Source of the DNA: Vicugna vicugna
Taxonomy: Eukaryota
DNA length: 64,000 nucleotides
Direction: 5' to 3'
Assembly: GCA_013265495.1 (NCBI GenBank)
Contig: MU057887.1
Span: forward strand, 3,683,668 to 3,747,667
The position numbers and the translations under genes were made by a program. Below, piece by piece: positions 1 through 13,642 of the stretch (position 1 is the stretch's first letter; every line of letters starts with the position of its first letter). The notes below the pieces were generated by a model. The model worked only from the letters and a program-made list of their open reading frames with translations. It made no database searches and was not told the DNA's origin.

Positions 1-41
1 TGCAGTTAGCAAGAGCCCACTGCCCCACCTCCTGGGTGTCA

Positions 42-335
<294 letters not shown>

Positions 336-2059
336 CTACATAGCCAGGGAGGGTCCTCCCTGCCCCAAGACCATCAGGGAACCAGGCCCCTGGGGAGCGG
401 TGGGCCCACCCTGAGCCACACGCAGAATTGTCCGCTGGGCGTCAGGAGTAGCGCCCAGGTCCAAGGAGCAGGTTGCTCCTGACAACGCATAGCTACCGGC
501 CAGCCTGGCCAGCCAGGGGGCAGAGGAGCCCATCCTGGGCCAGATGGCCAGCCCCACTGACTTCAAAGATGAGCAACAGGAAAGGTCTGCTGGGGGCACC
601 TGGGACATACCCCAGGTCACCGCAGCTAGGGCTCTGTTCCTGGGCAGATGGCCGCGCTGGCACAGGTGGGACCGGCCCCGATGGCCTGGTCAGGGCATGG
701 GCAGCTGTGGCCAGACAAGTGTTGTGTGGGGACCTGGGCTGTCACCTTCAGCACAGGGATGCTGAGCAGTGTTTTCTGCCTTGGTGAGGCCGGATTTGCA
801 GGCAGACCCCTTGGGGTCAGTGGAGTTAGTTCCTCGGGAGTCACCATGCCCTGGGGACACCTGCACCCATGGGGTTGGCAGCCCAGGTTCCCCCTGCACT
901 CAGGCCTGGTGATGCGGCAGACGGGGGGGTAACCCCTGCTGGGACAGTGCGCCCAGGAAGGGGGCGGTGTGCCTTCAGTGGTGCTTCTGGGGGCACAGGC
1001 CCTGGCAAACTTGAGGAGCATGTCAGGAAGACCACAATGGGCTGACGCTCAAAGGGAAGTGAAGGGAGGAGGCCCTGGGCCCACGGTCCATCTCCCCCAG
1101 GACGCACACGAGGGACCAGGTTGAACTGTTACATCCATGTAACAGGAGGGGAGGAGAGAAGAGGGTGCACTGAAGGCCGGGCTCCCTGCAGAGACAGCAG
1201 AGCAGGAATGAGGCTCCCTGAGGGCCAAGCCGGCTTAGCACTGAAAGGAGGTTGTGACTTGAGGGCAGCCGTCCCCCCAGCCCTGGGGCCCCCAGCTGCT
1301 TCAACTCAGGGAATTCTTTCCAGCCCAACATGAGCAGGTGGGCAGTGGAGGAGGCCTGCCTGTAGGAGCTGGGCAGAGGCACTGCCTCCGAGGCCCGGAC
1401 AACAGGCTGCCGGTGGGCCATTGTGGAGCCCGTCACTCAGCAGAGCTTCCACTTGGCCATTTCAGAAACCCACTCAAAATGGCAGCAGAAACCTCGAGGT
1501 CTGAAAGATTCCTGGGAAAGAAACCCAGCACTGTGATCCCGCTGTGGCCAAAAGTGGAGTCACAGGGGCCAGGTCTGCCCTCCTGCCACAAACAGCCTGG
1601 GCCCCAGACAAGATGTGTGGGTCAATGGTGTCAAGACACTGGACGGCAGAAAGGCAGGACAGTGATGGCCCAGAGGTGCAGCCCCATGAGCGCTCTGCTG
1701 TCTTGAGAGTTTCCAGGTGGTGGCAGAGGGAGGGGCATCTGGGGGTACCTGGCACCCTCCCTGAGTAGAGAAATGGGGCAGAGAGTCTGGGCAGACCACA
1801 GGGCCCAGAGTCTGAAGATCGAGCGTGAGCCAAAGGAGTGATGCAGAAAGAATGGGGCAATGAGTGTTCAGCAGAGCATCAGTGAGCACATGGGTGTAAG
1901 GAGCTACCAGAGGCAGGGAGAGAACAAGCTAAAGGGGTTTGAGGGAGCAGCATTCTGTACCCGCACAGGACCGGGGATACCCCTGCTCTCAGCCAGGCCA
2001 GAAACCTCAGGATTCACAGGCCACGGGCACAGTGTACGCAAGTCTTGCCTCTGTAGGGG

Positions 2060-3530
2060 GAACAATTAGCCTTAGACAGAGAACTGCTCTAGTCTCACCT
2101 AACCAAATCTTAAAAGAAAGACCTCAAAAAGATTAAGCTGTTTCCAAGTAACTTAACTGCATTCCAGAAAAGGCTCAAGGACATTTGTAAGGTGAAAAAA
2201 TATATATATCCAGCACAAAATGGGTAAAATCACAATGTCTACCATCCAATAAAAAATTACAAGCCATGAGAAGAATCAGAAAAATATAACCCAGAATGAG
2301 GAGAAAAATCAATGAATTACAACTGACACAGATGTTAGAATTAGTAGGCAGGAACATTGAGACAGTTATAACTGTATTCAAAAAGTTAATTACAGACATG
2401 AAAGATTAAAAATTCCAAGTCCCACTTCTAGGGATGAAAACTACAATGTCTGAGAAGAAAAAGTACATCAGCTGGATTAATAACAGATTAGCCAGTGGAG
2501 AAAAAAGACGGGAACTTAACATAGCAATAGAAAACACCCAAAAGTGGATGGAGAGAGATGGTGATGGTGGTGGTGGTGATGATGATGGTGGTGATGGTGG
2601 TGATGGTGGTGATGGTGATGATGATTGTGGTGGTGGTGGTGATGGTGATGATGGTGATGGTGGTGGTGGCGATGGTGATGACAATGATGATGATGATGGT
2701 GATACTATAGAACAGAGTATTGCTGAGCTATAAGACAACTTCAAATGACCTAATGTATGATAGAGTCCCAGAAGAAATGGGGGTGATGAAAAAACACTTG
2801 AAGAAATGAGATAATTTTCAAACCTGATGAAAACTGTAACTCCCAGATCCAAGAAGCTAGACAAATGATAAGAAATATGAAGAAATTACAAGGCACACCA
2901 GGATCAGTTTGCTCAAAAGCGGGAGATCAAGAGAAAACTAAAAGACACCAGAGGAAAAAGACACGCTATGTACAGAGGAACGAAGATCAGGATGACGCGA
3001 TGCAAGTGACAAGGTGATGGAGAAAGACCTCTAGGACAGAGAGACAAAATCCGCTGACCTAGAATTCTACCCCCGCCCACCTACGGACAACTGATTTTCA
3101 ACAAACATGCCAGGAGCTCAGCAGGCAGAGGACAGTCTTCTCAATAAATCGTGCTGGGCCAGGGGGATGTCCACGGTGAATCACGGCACACAAGAGTTTG
3201 CTCAAAACGGACTGTAGACCTCGACGTAAAACCTAAAACTATAAAGCTTTTAAAAGATAACATATTTTAAACAACCTTGGTGCATTAGGTGAGGCAAAAA
3301 TGTCCTAGCTGCTGAAATCATGACCCATAAAAGGAAAAAAGGTGACAAGTTGGATTTCATCAAAATTTAAAACTTCTGCTCCTTGAAAGACACTGTTAAG
3401 GGAAGGAAAAGGCAAGTCACAGACCAGGGGGAAGTATTTGTAAATCGTACACCTGATAAGGAACTTCTGTTCAGAATCTATAAATAACTTTCCAAATTCA
3501 ATAATGAGAAAACCAGCCACCCAGTGTAAA
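2060..3530 (+). mobile_element. Degraded LINE-1 fragments (ORF1-like and ORF2 3' pieces)
   Basis: A-rich plus strand with L1-typical motifs such as 'ggatttcatcaaaatttaaaacttctgctc' and 'gacaactgattttcaacaaa'. Boundaries approximate. Confidence 0.75.
2557..2703. repeat. Compound (GAT/GGT)n trinucleotide microsatellite inside the L1
   Basis: Directly visible gatggtgatggtggtggtggtgatgatgat... run of about 145 bp. Confidence 0.95.
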
Positions 3531-4555
3531 ATGAGTGCCCTCCTGCCCTCAGTGGCAGGAGGGGTAGACTCGGGGGCAGGGGCGAGGGGCCCAGAGGCTT
3601 CCAACTGCTTCCCCCCACCAGATCGACAGAGATTTAAAAAATGATAAAGCTAATGAGTGGTTGGTCTGCCTGTAATTATCAACACGTGCTGGCAGTTCTA
3701 AAGAGCGTTGGTGATAAAATCCTCCCCGTTGGTGAAATTCTAAATGATGGCCCACATCTTTGTGGCCCCCACACTGCATCCTTGGCTCCCCAAGGGAGCT
3801 AATGGAATTAAGGTGTCGCATCAAATGGATGATTTGGAGCCTGCTGGAGGGTCACCACCCAAGGGCAGCAGCCAGAATCGGAGGAGAGGCCACCTGCAGG
3901 AGGCAGCGGAGTCCCTGCCTGGCCACAGGGGTTCGTGGTCCAGCCAGGGGCTGGGCAGCGTGGGGTGAGGAGAACTCTGTCCCGGCCGATGCTCCCTCCG
4001 TGTGGACGGTCACCAGCAGAGCTGGGCACGCAGTGTTCTTAAAAGAAGCAACTGTGATTTGGGATTCTCTCCCTGTCTAAGTTGTCCTTCGTGCGTGTGA
4101 AAACTTCCTCCTCTGTGCAGGAAACGAGAAGTCTGCATCTTTTGACCTTTTCTGGAAAAAACCAAAGACCTACCCCAGACAAACAAAGAAAGGATCCAAA
4201 CCAGAAAAAAAAGAAAAAAGAAACAGAGAGAGAACCCTAGAAGAGCACGGTGACCATGGAAAGTGATGAAATGTGCAGCGAAGCACAATGGATGCGGAGG
4301 AGGGGTCGCCCAGCGCACGGAGTGCATAAACGCAGGAACACATGCTTGTCCCGGGTTGGGCTTAGGAGACGGGAACAGAGCACAGAGAGGACAGACGAGC
4401 GAGGCGGAGACACGCTGATTTACTTGTGGTTCAAAATGGGGAAAATAATTCATTGTTACTGTACGGAAATAATTGGGAACCCAAGAGTTCATCACAAATA
4501 CTTAAGGACAAGGAAATACACTTGGTCTCATTCAAAGATTTAAGAAGTATCACGG

Positions 4556-4690
4556 GATGGGGACGGTACAGCTCAGGGGTAGAGCGTGTGCTTTCCCTGC
4601 CCAAGGCCCTGGGTTCAATCCCCAGTGCCTCCACTCAAAATAAATAAATAAACAAAAACCTAATTACCTCCCCCGCCCCCCTAAAAAAAA
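4556..4690 (+). mobile_element. tRNA-derived SINE, camelid-type
   Basis: A box (tacagctcaggggtagag), B box (gggttcaatcccc), tail 'aaataaataaataaac...cctaattacctcccc' and an A-rich end; 'tatcac' occurs on both flanks as a possible target-site duplication. Confidence 0.85.
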
Positions 4691-4849
4691 CACAACCCAA
4701 AAACCTATCACAGAGGCTTTACTAAGAGGAGACCTAACAGCTGTACTTTAAAAAGGAGAAACATGAAGTCAAAGGGAAGAAGTGGGTCAGGTCAGGAGCA
4801 GCGACCACAGGCGTTGGTAAAACGCGTGTGAATCTAGCAGGCGAGATGC

Positions 4850-5080
4850 TCCTCTGGGCTCCGTGAGCCACTCAGCCGAGTTAACTGAACTGAGGGGGGT
4901 CGTGGGGGCCCCCAGTTTAGAGCCGGGCACTCCGCAGCGCAGTGACTCCTGTGGTTGGCGTCTGCAGTGGGGACAGTCTTGCGGGACGGAGCCCACAACC
5001 TGTGGGAACTGAGGCTCCCCCTGGGTAGATGGTGTCAGAACCGACTTAACTGCTTGGTGTTTGGAAAACACACATGTTGG
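4850..5080 (+). mobile_element. LTR fragment, MER21/ERVL-like
   Basis: Motif 'gtggggacagtcttgcgggacggagccc...ggtagatggtgtcagaa' resembles the recalled MER21 LTR 3' part. Confidence 0.5.
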
Positions 5081-8000
5081 AAAATGCCCACTGAAATTTT
5101 CAGGAAACCTGACAATCAAAACTTCATACTGAAGAAGCTGGAGGCACACAAAATGCTAAGGCCCTTTGAAAAGTCTTTTTACCGTAAAGATGAAACATAG
5201 ACCCCGAAAAGCACGGAAGAACCTCCGTCCCTGCGTTTCTGGCATCCAGCAGCGGACGCAGAGCCGTGCTGGCGCTCAGGGCCGAGTTCTTCGGCGGGAC
5301 TAGACCCGGTGTGGACCTTCGTGTGCTGTCTGGCCCTTGGCCACGTCTGACGTCAGCTGCCGCGGATGCGAAACGGTGAAACGACAGGTGTGTCGTTTTG
5401 CTTCCATTTATTCGCTGGAGTAATTATCACCAGGGAGCATGCGCAGAAGAAAGACAGGCTCGCAGCTTGAGTCTCTTCTTTTATTTACTCAGCTCTCAAG
5501 ACAACTTGGTCTCCTGTCATCCACAGAGATGAACGATTCTTTTTTTTCTTTTTCAACAATATTGTAGGAATGCATGGGTTTAAACACGGGCTGCAACTCA
5601 TCGCAGTTCTTGTTCTTTTCTGAAGTGCCAGTGGCGTCCTCCTGGCCACCTGGCAGACAGGCCCCCACGGTCTCCGAGAGCTTCCCCGGTCGTGTGTGAC
5701 AGGGTGTCCGAGGATCTTTTTGGACATTTTCTGCTCCAGACTGGAGATCAGCCACTTCCCTCAGAAGCCCTGCCTGGTTTATTTTGGTGAAAAGTGGTAT
5801 TTTAAGGCCCAGAGTCAGTTTTGGTGTTACGTACTCAGGAGCCGTATTCTTGGCTTGCCTTTTCAATGTCTGGTGTCAAGGGAGGAGCAGCTTCATCTCC
5901 TCGAACGTAGTTCTTAGCGTTTCTCTGCTACTTCGGTTTTCTTCAGGGTTTCATGTCATCTGCGTTTGAGACATTCTTTGCCTACCTGCAACATTTACCA
6001 CTGTTCACACATCGTTTTAATCTAGTTTAAAACCTGCCTTTTTTAAAAACACGTTTATGGTGGTCTGGTTCCTGTACAGTAAGCTACACACGTTGCAGAG
6101 GTACACTGTGATGAATTCGGTAGATGTCTACACCCATGAAGCCACCACCACAATCAAGACAGCTAACATTTCCACTGCTTTAAATTCTTTTTCGATTAAA
6201 GCGAATGTTCCTTCCTTTTCGCCTTCTGTTTCTCTCGGGGCGCTCACTACCTCCAAAGCAGCCTTCACCTCTAAAAGGACGCTTTCCTTTGTTTCCGATT
6301 CTGAGGGCTGTCGCCCGGTATCTCACTATTTCTAGTTCTTGTTCCTATTGTTCTCGAATGTCCTGCACCATTGTCTCGAGTATTCTAAGCCATTTTGTAA
6401 CAGAGTGTTTTTTCAGTGCGCCCTTCTGGTGCACTTCCTTTGCCTGTCGGGACGTTATTCTGTTTTAAATTCACTCATTAAAACATTACCTTATTCTCTT
6501 TTCAATTACCATAGCTTGACTGGAACTCATCTTTGATGCTGCTCTGTTGCTCACATTTATGTGGGCTGAGCGTCCCTGAGATTCAGCCGGAGGCTTCGTG
6601 CCGCCTGCTTTCCCAACGCCACAGAGCGCCCTCTTCTGTTGGCTTTGTGTAGTGTTAAACTGGGTGGATGGCGTGTTCTGTTTCTTAGCTCTTTCCCCGG
6701 TCTTCCTCGGCCTGTACCTCTTCTTTCCTTGCCTCTGCTGTCCCTGGCTGCTCACCGTGATGCACTAGGAGCTTCTCTGCGTGGAGCTGTACCCCGAGGG
6801 TCCCGGTGCGGAGCTCGGGGCCCTGCCTTCCCCGCGGCAGGAGTCGGGCAGCCCTCCAGGTGGCTGCGTCCTCCCAGCAGCCTCACTGCCCATGGGGTTC
6901 AGGGCGTGCGGCCTGCCCCTCTGCCCCGCTGCACAGACACTGCGACCCGCCCGTCTGGTACTCATCCCTGGGGTCTGGGAGCCTGCGCCCCACTTCTGTT
7001 CTGCTGCCTTGGGGCTCTTTGCGTCTGAGGATTCAGGGAAGCCACAACCACAGCCATCACCTCCCAGTACAATTTAGGAAAGGGAGGAAGGAGAGGGGAC
7101 CAGGAGTCAGTAACCAGCTGAGATCATGTGGCCTTGCTCAGAGGTGGAGGTGGGTCAGGGAGCCAACCCTGCAGCCTGGACATCTGACGTCTGAAAAGTC
7201 AGACCTGGGTGGGGGTGGGGGCGGCGATCAGTCAGTGGTGCGGCCACGGCTGAATTTCCAGGTAGCAAACAGTTACAGCTGAATTCCTACCTCACCCCAC
7301 ACACAGAAATAAATTCTAGAAGAATAAAGACCTGGACCTGAAAAGCAAAACTTTAAAGCCTTCACAAATACAGGGAATACAGGGAGAAAAATCTCGATGA
7401 CCCCGGGATTGGGGAAATGCCACAAAATCCTTAAAGGGGAGACGTGTAAGTAAGATTCCGTCCACGTGGAAAACTGAACAGCATCACGAGGCTATGGGAG
7501 AAAGACGGAGGTGCTCTCCGTGACGCAGAAACAGCCACCCCGAGATGGCCCACGGGTGACAGCGGAAACAGGAAACACTGCCCAGGGTCCGCAGGTCAGT
7601 CATGTGGCCTCAGTGTCATCAGAGACACACAAGCAGAGATGAGGGAAGAGCCGTGGCCTCACAAAGCACCCCTCCCCAGACCTGACAGCACCAACCATCG
7701 TCATAAAGCCAGAGGTGCCCCCCGCCAGGGCACGGGCCGGAGCCACTTCCCCAGAGGCCACAGCTGCAGAAGACAGGGGCCTCCTTGCCTGGTGACTGCA
7801 CCCCAGAAGCCCTGATGGTGGGGTGACAAAGCCTTGGAATTCCTGACACCCCCCCCACCCTGGAGTGAAGGGAGCTGCCAGGGTTTGGGAGCAGGAGGGA
7901 GGGAGGAAGGGGGCACCACGGAGGCCCCGGGGCCCCTCCCTGCACCCCCACCGCCCCGCCAGCTTCTCTGTGTCCGAGGCGACCTGACCCCCAGCCCACA

Positions 8001-9487
8001 CACAGCTCCCCGCAGTCCAGGTCCGGTTCAGAGGCAGTGAGGAGGGGGCCTGGGGGTCGGCAGGAGTGGCCACCGTGGGACGCAGACAGAAAGAGTGAAA
8101 GGAAGAAAGGAGAGAAAGGAACGTAGGATTCAAAAGACGGAAGAAGGACGTGGGACAGAGGGAGACGTTCCTCTACTGCCTCCGTCGTGATGACGACGCT
8201 TCAGAAAAACTAGGGGTCGGACAGGCCACCAGACAGCAGGAGCCCCAGAAGACGGGGCGTGTGGACCCGAGGAACCAGTTGGGAGCCCAACAGCCCAGTC
8301 CAGGACCAGCACGCACACTGGAAACTGGAGTCAGAGACACGGCTGACGGAGACTTGGGAGGGTTGAGAGAATCAGGGCAAAAACAGCTGAGAAAGACAGA
8401 AGTTACGGGACGTGGTGGGGGAGGCAGAGACGGCTGAAGGCCGGACCAGAGGGCTCAGGAGAGCCCAAGGGTGGAACAGCGAAGAACTTTCCCTGATGTG
8501 AAAGAACCCGGCTGCGGGTCGAGGGCGCACTGGGACCCAGGATGAGGAGCAGGCGTCACGAGGTGTGGCTGGATTGGAGACAGAGCAGGACGGGAGCGGG
8601 CTCCACAGGTGGGGCAGAAGGCAGGGTGCGGCCCCCCTGGGGCGGAGGCAGGACCGAGTGTGGCCCTGGAGAAGCCTCTGGGGGGGGTCCAGGAACAGAA
8701 GTGCTGTTGGTGACCTGACGCCACTAAATGGCCAACAGACACTGACCGCTGGTCAGACACCCGGTGACGTGGGCCACGCCTGGGGAGGGGGACGTGCGCC
8801 CGGCTCACAACCCCGTGCCTTAACCTCGGTGGGGGGTCCTTGTAGATATAACACCTCTTGAGGTGAAGAAACATTTAATTCTTTTGTTTATTTTTCCTAT
8901 TAAATTCAAATCAAATTAAATAAAATACTTATTTTAAATGACGGAAGGTAATTTCGTTTATCTAAAATATTTGTTATCTGTTTACTCGACCAGCAGTAAA
9001 CTGGCCTACAAAAATACCTTCCTAGTGTAAACGATATTCGTTCCCATGTAGGGGCTTTGAGGCTGGATTAACTTTCCTCCTTATGCATCTGCAATTTATA
9101 TCCCTTTTAACCAATACCAACAGTTGCAAAGACAATAAAGCTCTTTAAAATGGGATACCGTTTGATACTGGGCAGAAATGAAACAGGTGATAAGAGAAAA
9201 TGGGGATTTCTGTATATTGCTGGTGGGGGTGGAGCTGGCGTGGCCACTTTGGAAAGCAGTAGATTCCAAGAGGACAGGAATGAGCGACTTGCACATCCAG
9301 CAAGCACACAGCCAGCGTGAGCCCGGGGCCGCCGACGTGCACCGGCCCAGGGCAGGGGGCGGGCGGCCGGCGCTCTGCTACGTGAGGTGGGCGGGGGGAG
9401 GCCAGCGCAGGGCAGACCTGGCTCCAGGGAGGACAAGGTGACCAAGGACCAGAGGGCAGCATGTCCCCCTGCCCGAGATGTACTCAC

Positions 9488-9515
9488 GGTTCACGCGGCT
9501 CCTGCAGGTGAAGCC
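9488..9515 (-). CDS. IL17REL: IL17REL 28-nt microexon (phase 0 to 1): GFTCRSRVN+R
   Basis: Acceptor ttgttctgtccccAG (9517-9516) and donor AACC|GTGAGT (9487-9486). Phases link the 13307 exon (phase 0) to the 238 exon (phase 1) exactly. Confidence 0.85.
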
Positions 9516-12500
9516 CTGGGGACAGAACAATGAGAGCGAGTAAGAGAGGTTGGCTTGACCACCTCCCATCCACCTCTGCGCCCAGCCCGGGATGGGGGGG
9601 CTGGGGGGCCGCAGCCCCGGGTGCCCCTTGGTGTCTGGGGGTGCTGACCCTGCAAAAGCCTGGCCCAAGGCCTTGCACACAGGGGTCACTCAGTAAACGT
9701 GACTTGGACCCCATGGAACTCCAGGCCCTGCTCTCCCCTCGCCAACAAGCCCAGCTTCGGAGGGTGGCATTCAAAGCTCCCGCAGGCCCCTTTCGCTCAT
9801 TGGTGGGGCACTGGTTGCCCCTCCTCTGTGCAGGAGCTGTCTAGCTGCTGGGGTCCAGAGAGGAAAGAAACTGGGGAAGGACGCCTGCCTTCGAGGAGCC
9901 CACAACCTCGGGTGTCAAGACGTCCGTCAACCACACGTCACGCCAGGCGTCGAGGGGGACACGGGAAGATCACAGAGGGGTCCGGAGGCCGGGGGCCTCG
10001 GTGAGTCCGCACGTGGGGAGGCCTGGGGGAGGGCAGACTGCCTGTCCTCTGGACGCGCAGCTCCCAGGACAGGCACTGGCCCGGAACCGCAGGCCTCTGG
10101 CCCAGGGAGCAGGCTCGGGCAGGGCCTGTGTGGGACGTAGCTGAGGCCCTGCCTACGGGCCCCCCTGCAGCGGGTGGGCCGAGGGGCTGGCTCCACAGCT
10201 GAGCTTGGGGGTATGAGGTCAGCGGCAGAGGCGGCAGGAGTCCGGGCCCGCAGGGGGATCAGCTCCGCGGTGACAGCGGGAGCTCCGACCGTGGGCCCCG
10301 CCGGTAGCACCGGTGGGAAGACGCGGAGTGGAAGTGGGGCCCTCTCCTGTCCTGGGGCTTGTGGGGCAGGCCCTACCAGAGGCCCAGCTCCACCTCCCTT
10401 TCTAAATAAACTTTTCATTTTGGAAGAACTTTAGATTTACAGAAAAGTTGCAAAGGTAGCCCTGAGGTTTAGCCAGCGTGCCCAGCGCTAATATCCCGGG
10501 GAACGGAGGTGCGTCTATAAAGATGAGGAAGCAACACTGGGTGTCTCTCCTGGCGGAGCCCCAGCTATGGGACTCGCCCGTTTCCACCAAGGCTCCTTCC
10601 TGCTCCCCGTGCCTTCCCCTCTTGGCCTTTGGCCTCTCATCCCGTAGCCACCCTGTCTTCTGACCACGACATCTCCCTGAGATGCTGACATCTGCCCCTC
10701 TGCAATCTCCAGCTGCACAGGACCCACCGAGGTTGGAGCAGCACAGCCTGGGCTGGATGCCTTGGCCCTGGGGCCCTGCCCACGGCCCCTGGGGGTAAGG
10801 AGCTGGATGCCCCGTCCAGAACGTGACTGAGCAGGTTGGCAGAGGGCAGGGATGAGCAGCCTAGTCCGGCCAGCCCAGGAACGCGCCGGGCAGACCCAGC
10901 ACGTCTGAGCAGCAGCTGGGCCTGGGCCACGGCCCTGAGTGGACGAGAGAGGGAAAGTGGCTTGGATCCTTGGCCAGCATCACTCCGTCTCGCAGCCCCA
11001 GAGTCTTGGAACCACCCCCAACCCCTTGGCATCCTCTATGCTACCTGAGGCCTGAACCCACCCCCTGCCTCCCAAGCTGGTGGGGGCTGCTGGGAAGCGG
11101 AGAGGGGAAGGGCACACCGGTGTCCTCCTGGCCCTTGGGCCTTGCCTGCCCACTGCGGACGCCTGCTCCTCCCTGAGCCCAAAATCCACACAGGCTGGGA
11201 GCTGAGGTCCTAGGTTTCTGGTGCAGGGTGAGTACATGTGGTGTTGGCTTTTCAGCGCCCAGAACAGAACCGTCTCCGCTCAGGAGGGGTTTCTTCCTCC
11301 CCGTGGGAGGAAGAGGGAACTGCAGGGGAAAAGGTCGAGGTCAGAAAGCACCTGTGAACCATGCCTCTGGGGGAGGGGGACATGGGAGGGGCTGGCCCTG
11401 CGCCCTGGGCCCTTCATGGGGGTGGAGCTGAGACGGAGAAGTGGCCGCTCCCACCCTCTGGGGGTTTCCATTGGGTTTTTTTGGGGCTTCCCGGGTGGGA
11501 GGGCATCAGGAGGGGTCTGAGCCCCCCACCCTGCTGTCCCACTTTCCAGGCTCCCCAGCGGACAGGACCCAGCACAGGGCTCAGCTTCCCACCTGCTGGG
11601 GCGGGGGTCCTGCGTGCTTCCTCCTGGTGGCCCAGGAGAGGCCCTGACCACCCACTCTGCCCCAGGCAGCACTGCGGTCACCTGTCCCTGTCCCCCTCTC
11701 CGATGTCCCTCCCTCAGTGGCCAGCAGACCACCCAGGCCTCGCAGGCTGTCTTCTGCCCCCTGCTCCCCCACCCCCTCATCCCCTAACCCCACAGCCCCT
11801 GCTGGGCACCAAGGTGGCTAAGTCCAAAATGGTGCCTTACCTTACCTGTTGGCCTAGTGGACCGCCTCCTCCTTCCCTGGCCTGTCCCTCCTCCGGCTCC
11901 TCTGCCCCCTTCCTCCTCCCTGTCCTTCCAGGACTCTTTCCCCTCTCACAGCCTAGGTCTGGGCTCAGCCCCCACCCCGCACCGTCCCAAAGCAGGGAGG
12001 CCCCATCACACCTTTGCTGGGGCCTGGCCCTGACTTCCGCTTGCACCCAGCTGCCCCCCACCACATCGGTTCTCCGTGTCTGATAGAATTCTCAAAGCCC
12101 GTATTTCAGAAACGACTTTCTTCCCTGAAAACATGCCCCCCAGGCCCCCATCACAGGAAGCACGTCCCCCACCAGCCCAGGGGCCACAGTCACACTTCAA
12201 GGTCCATTTTCGATTTCTCCTTCACCCCAGGTCCAGGATCCCAGTCCTGCCAGCTCCACCTCCGAAGGACACCCCGAAGCAGCCCCTCTCCTGTCTCCAC
12301 TGGGAGGGTCCAGGCCTCCATCCCCTCCCACCTGTGCCTGGCTGTTTCCTCTGCACCCCCTGGTTTCCACCAGCAGCCAGAAGGACCCCCCAGCCTGGCC
12401 CTGTCCGTGGGTCGCAGCACCTCTGATCTGAGCCCAGCCCCAGCCCCTGAGGCCCTGCCTGACCCCAGCCCCCCGAGTTGCTCTGTCCTTCAGTGAACTC

Positions 12501-13186
12501 CCTGGACCCTCTGCTGGACACACTCCCAGGCCTCCTGGAGCTGCCTTTCCTCCTGATGGGGGCCAGGCGTCCCCAAGCGCCGCCGGGGCCCAGCCACTGC
12601 CCCTGAGAAGCACCCAGAAGCCCTCACCCTGGCCACCCCCACTCATCCTCAGTGTCACCACTGCCTAAATCTCGGTCTGCTGTGCGTTTCCCTGGGGTCA
12701 GGAGCTGCGTCTCCCTCCCTGCCATCCCCACACCGGGAAGAGTGCCCACAGCAGGTTCTCAGTGACACCCCTGCCCCCATCCCCGTGGGCTGCGTCCTCC
12801 ACCCCGTGCTGGCCCCGTCTCGCGCTGGGGACCTCCAGGGACACAGGCACACTTCAGGGTGCAGTGCTGCTTGTTGGGACGCCTTCCACCTCCCGGGGCG
12901 AGGCTGCGTCAGCCCACCCACAATGAAAGTCCCCGGACGCCCCACTTCTGAGCTGCGCCCTCGCCCGGGCCCCTCCCTACTCGGGACAAGCGTTTCTCAG
13001 CCTGGCGCCACACAAGCCCGGACACCACCGCGCGGAGCCCAGCGCCCCGAGATGAAACCAGTGAGCTCGGGAGGGGCAGGTCACAGGTGCGTCAGCGCCC
13101 CTGCCCTCAGGCTCTCAGCACACACTCCCTGGAGCAGCGCTGCAAGGTCAGGCACACATCCTGCCGGGCCCCCGAGCCTCCTGTCA

Positions 13187-13642
<456 letters not shown>

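Noticed and set aside
2406..2864. Gly/Asp-rich and Pro/Ser-rich ORFs
   Set aside because: They come from a GAT/GGT microsatellite embedded in an L1 ORF1 remnant.
11836..11850. Tandem minus-strand donors CAG|GTAAGGTAAG in an IL17REL intron
   Set aside because: No convincing acceptor or in-phase exon lies upstream, and the IL17REL frame is complete without it.
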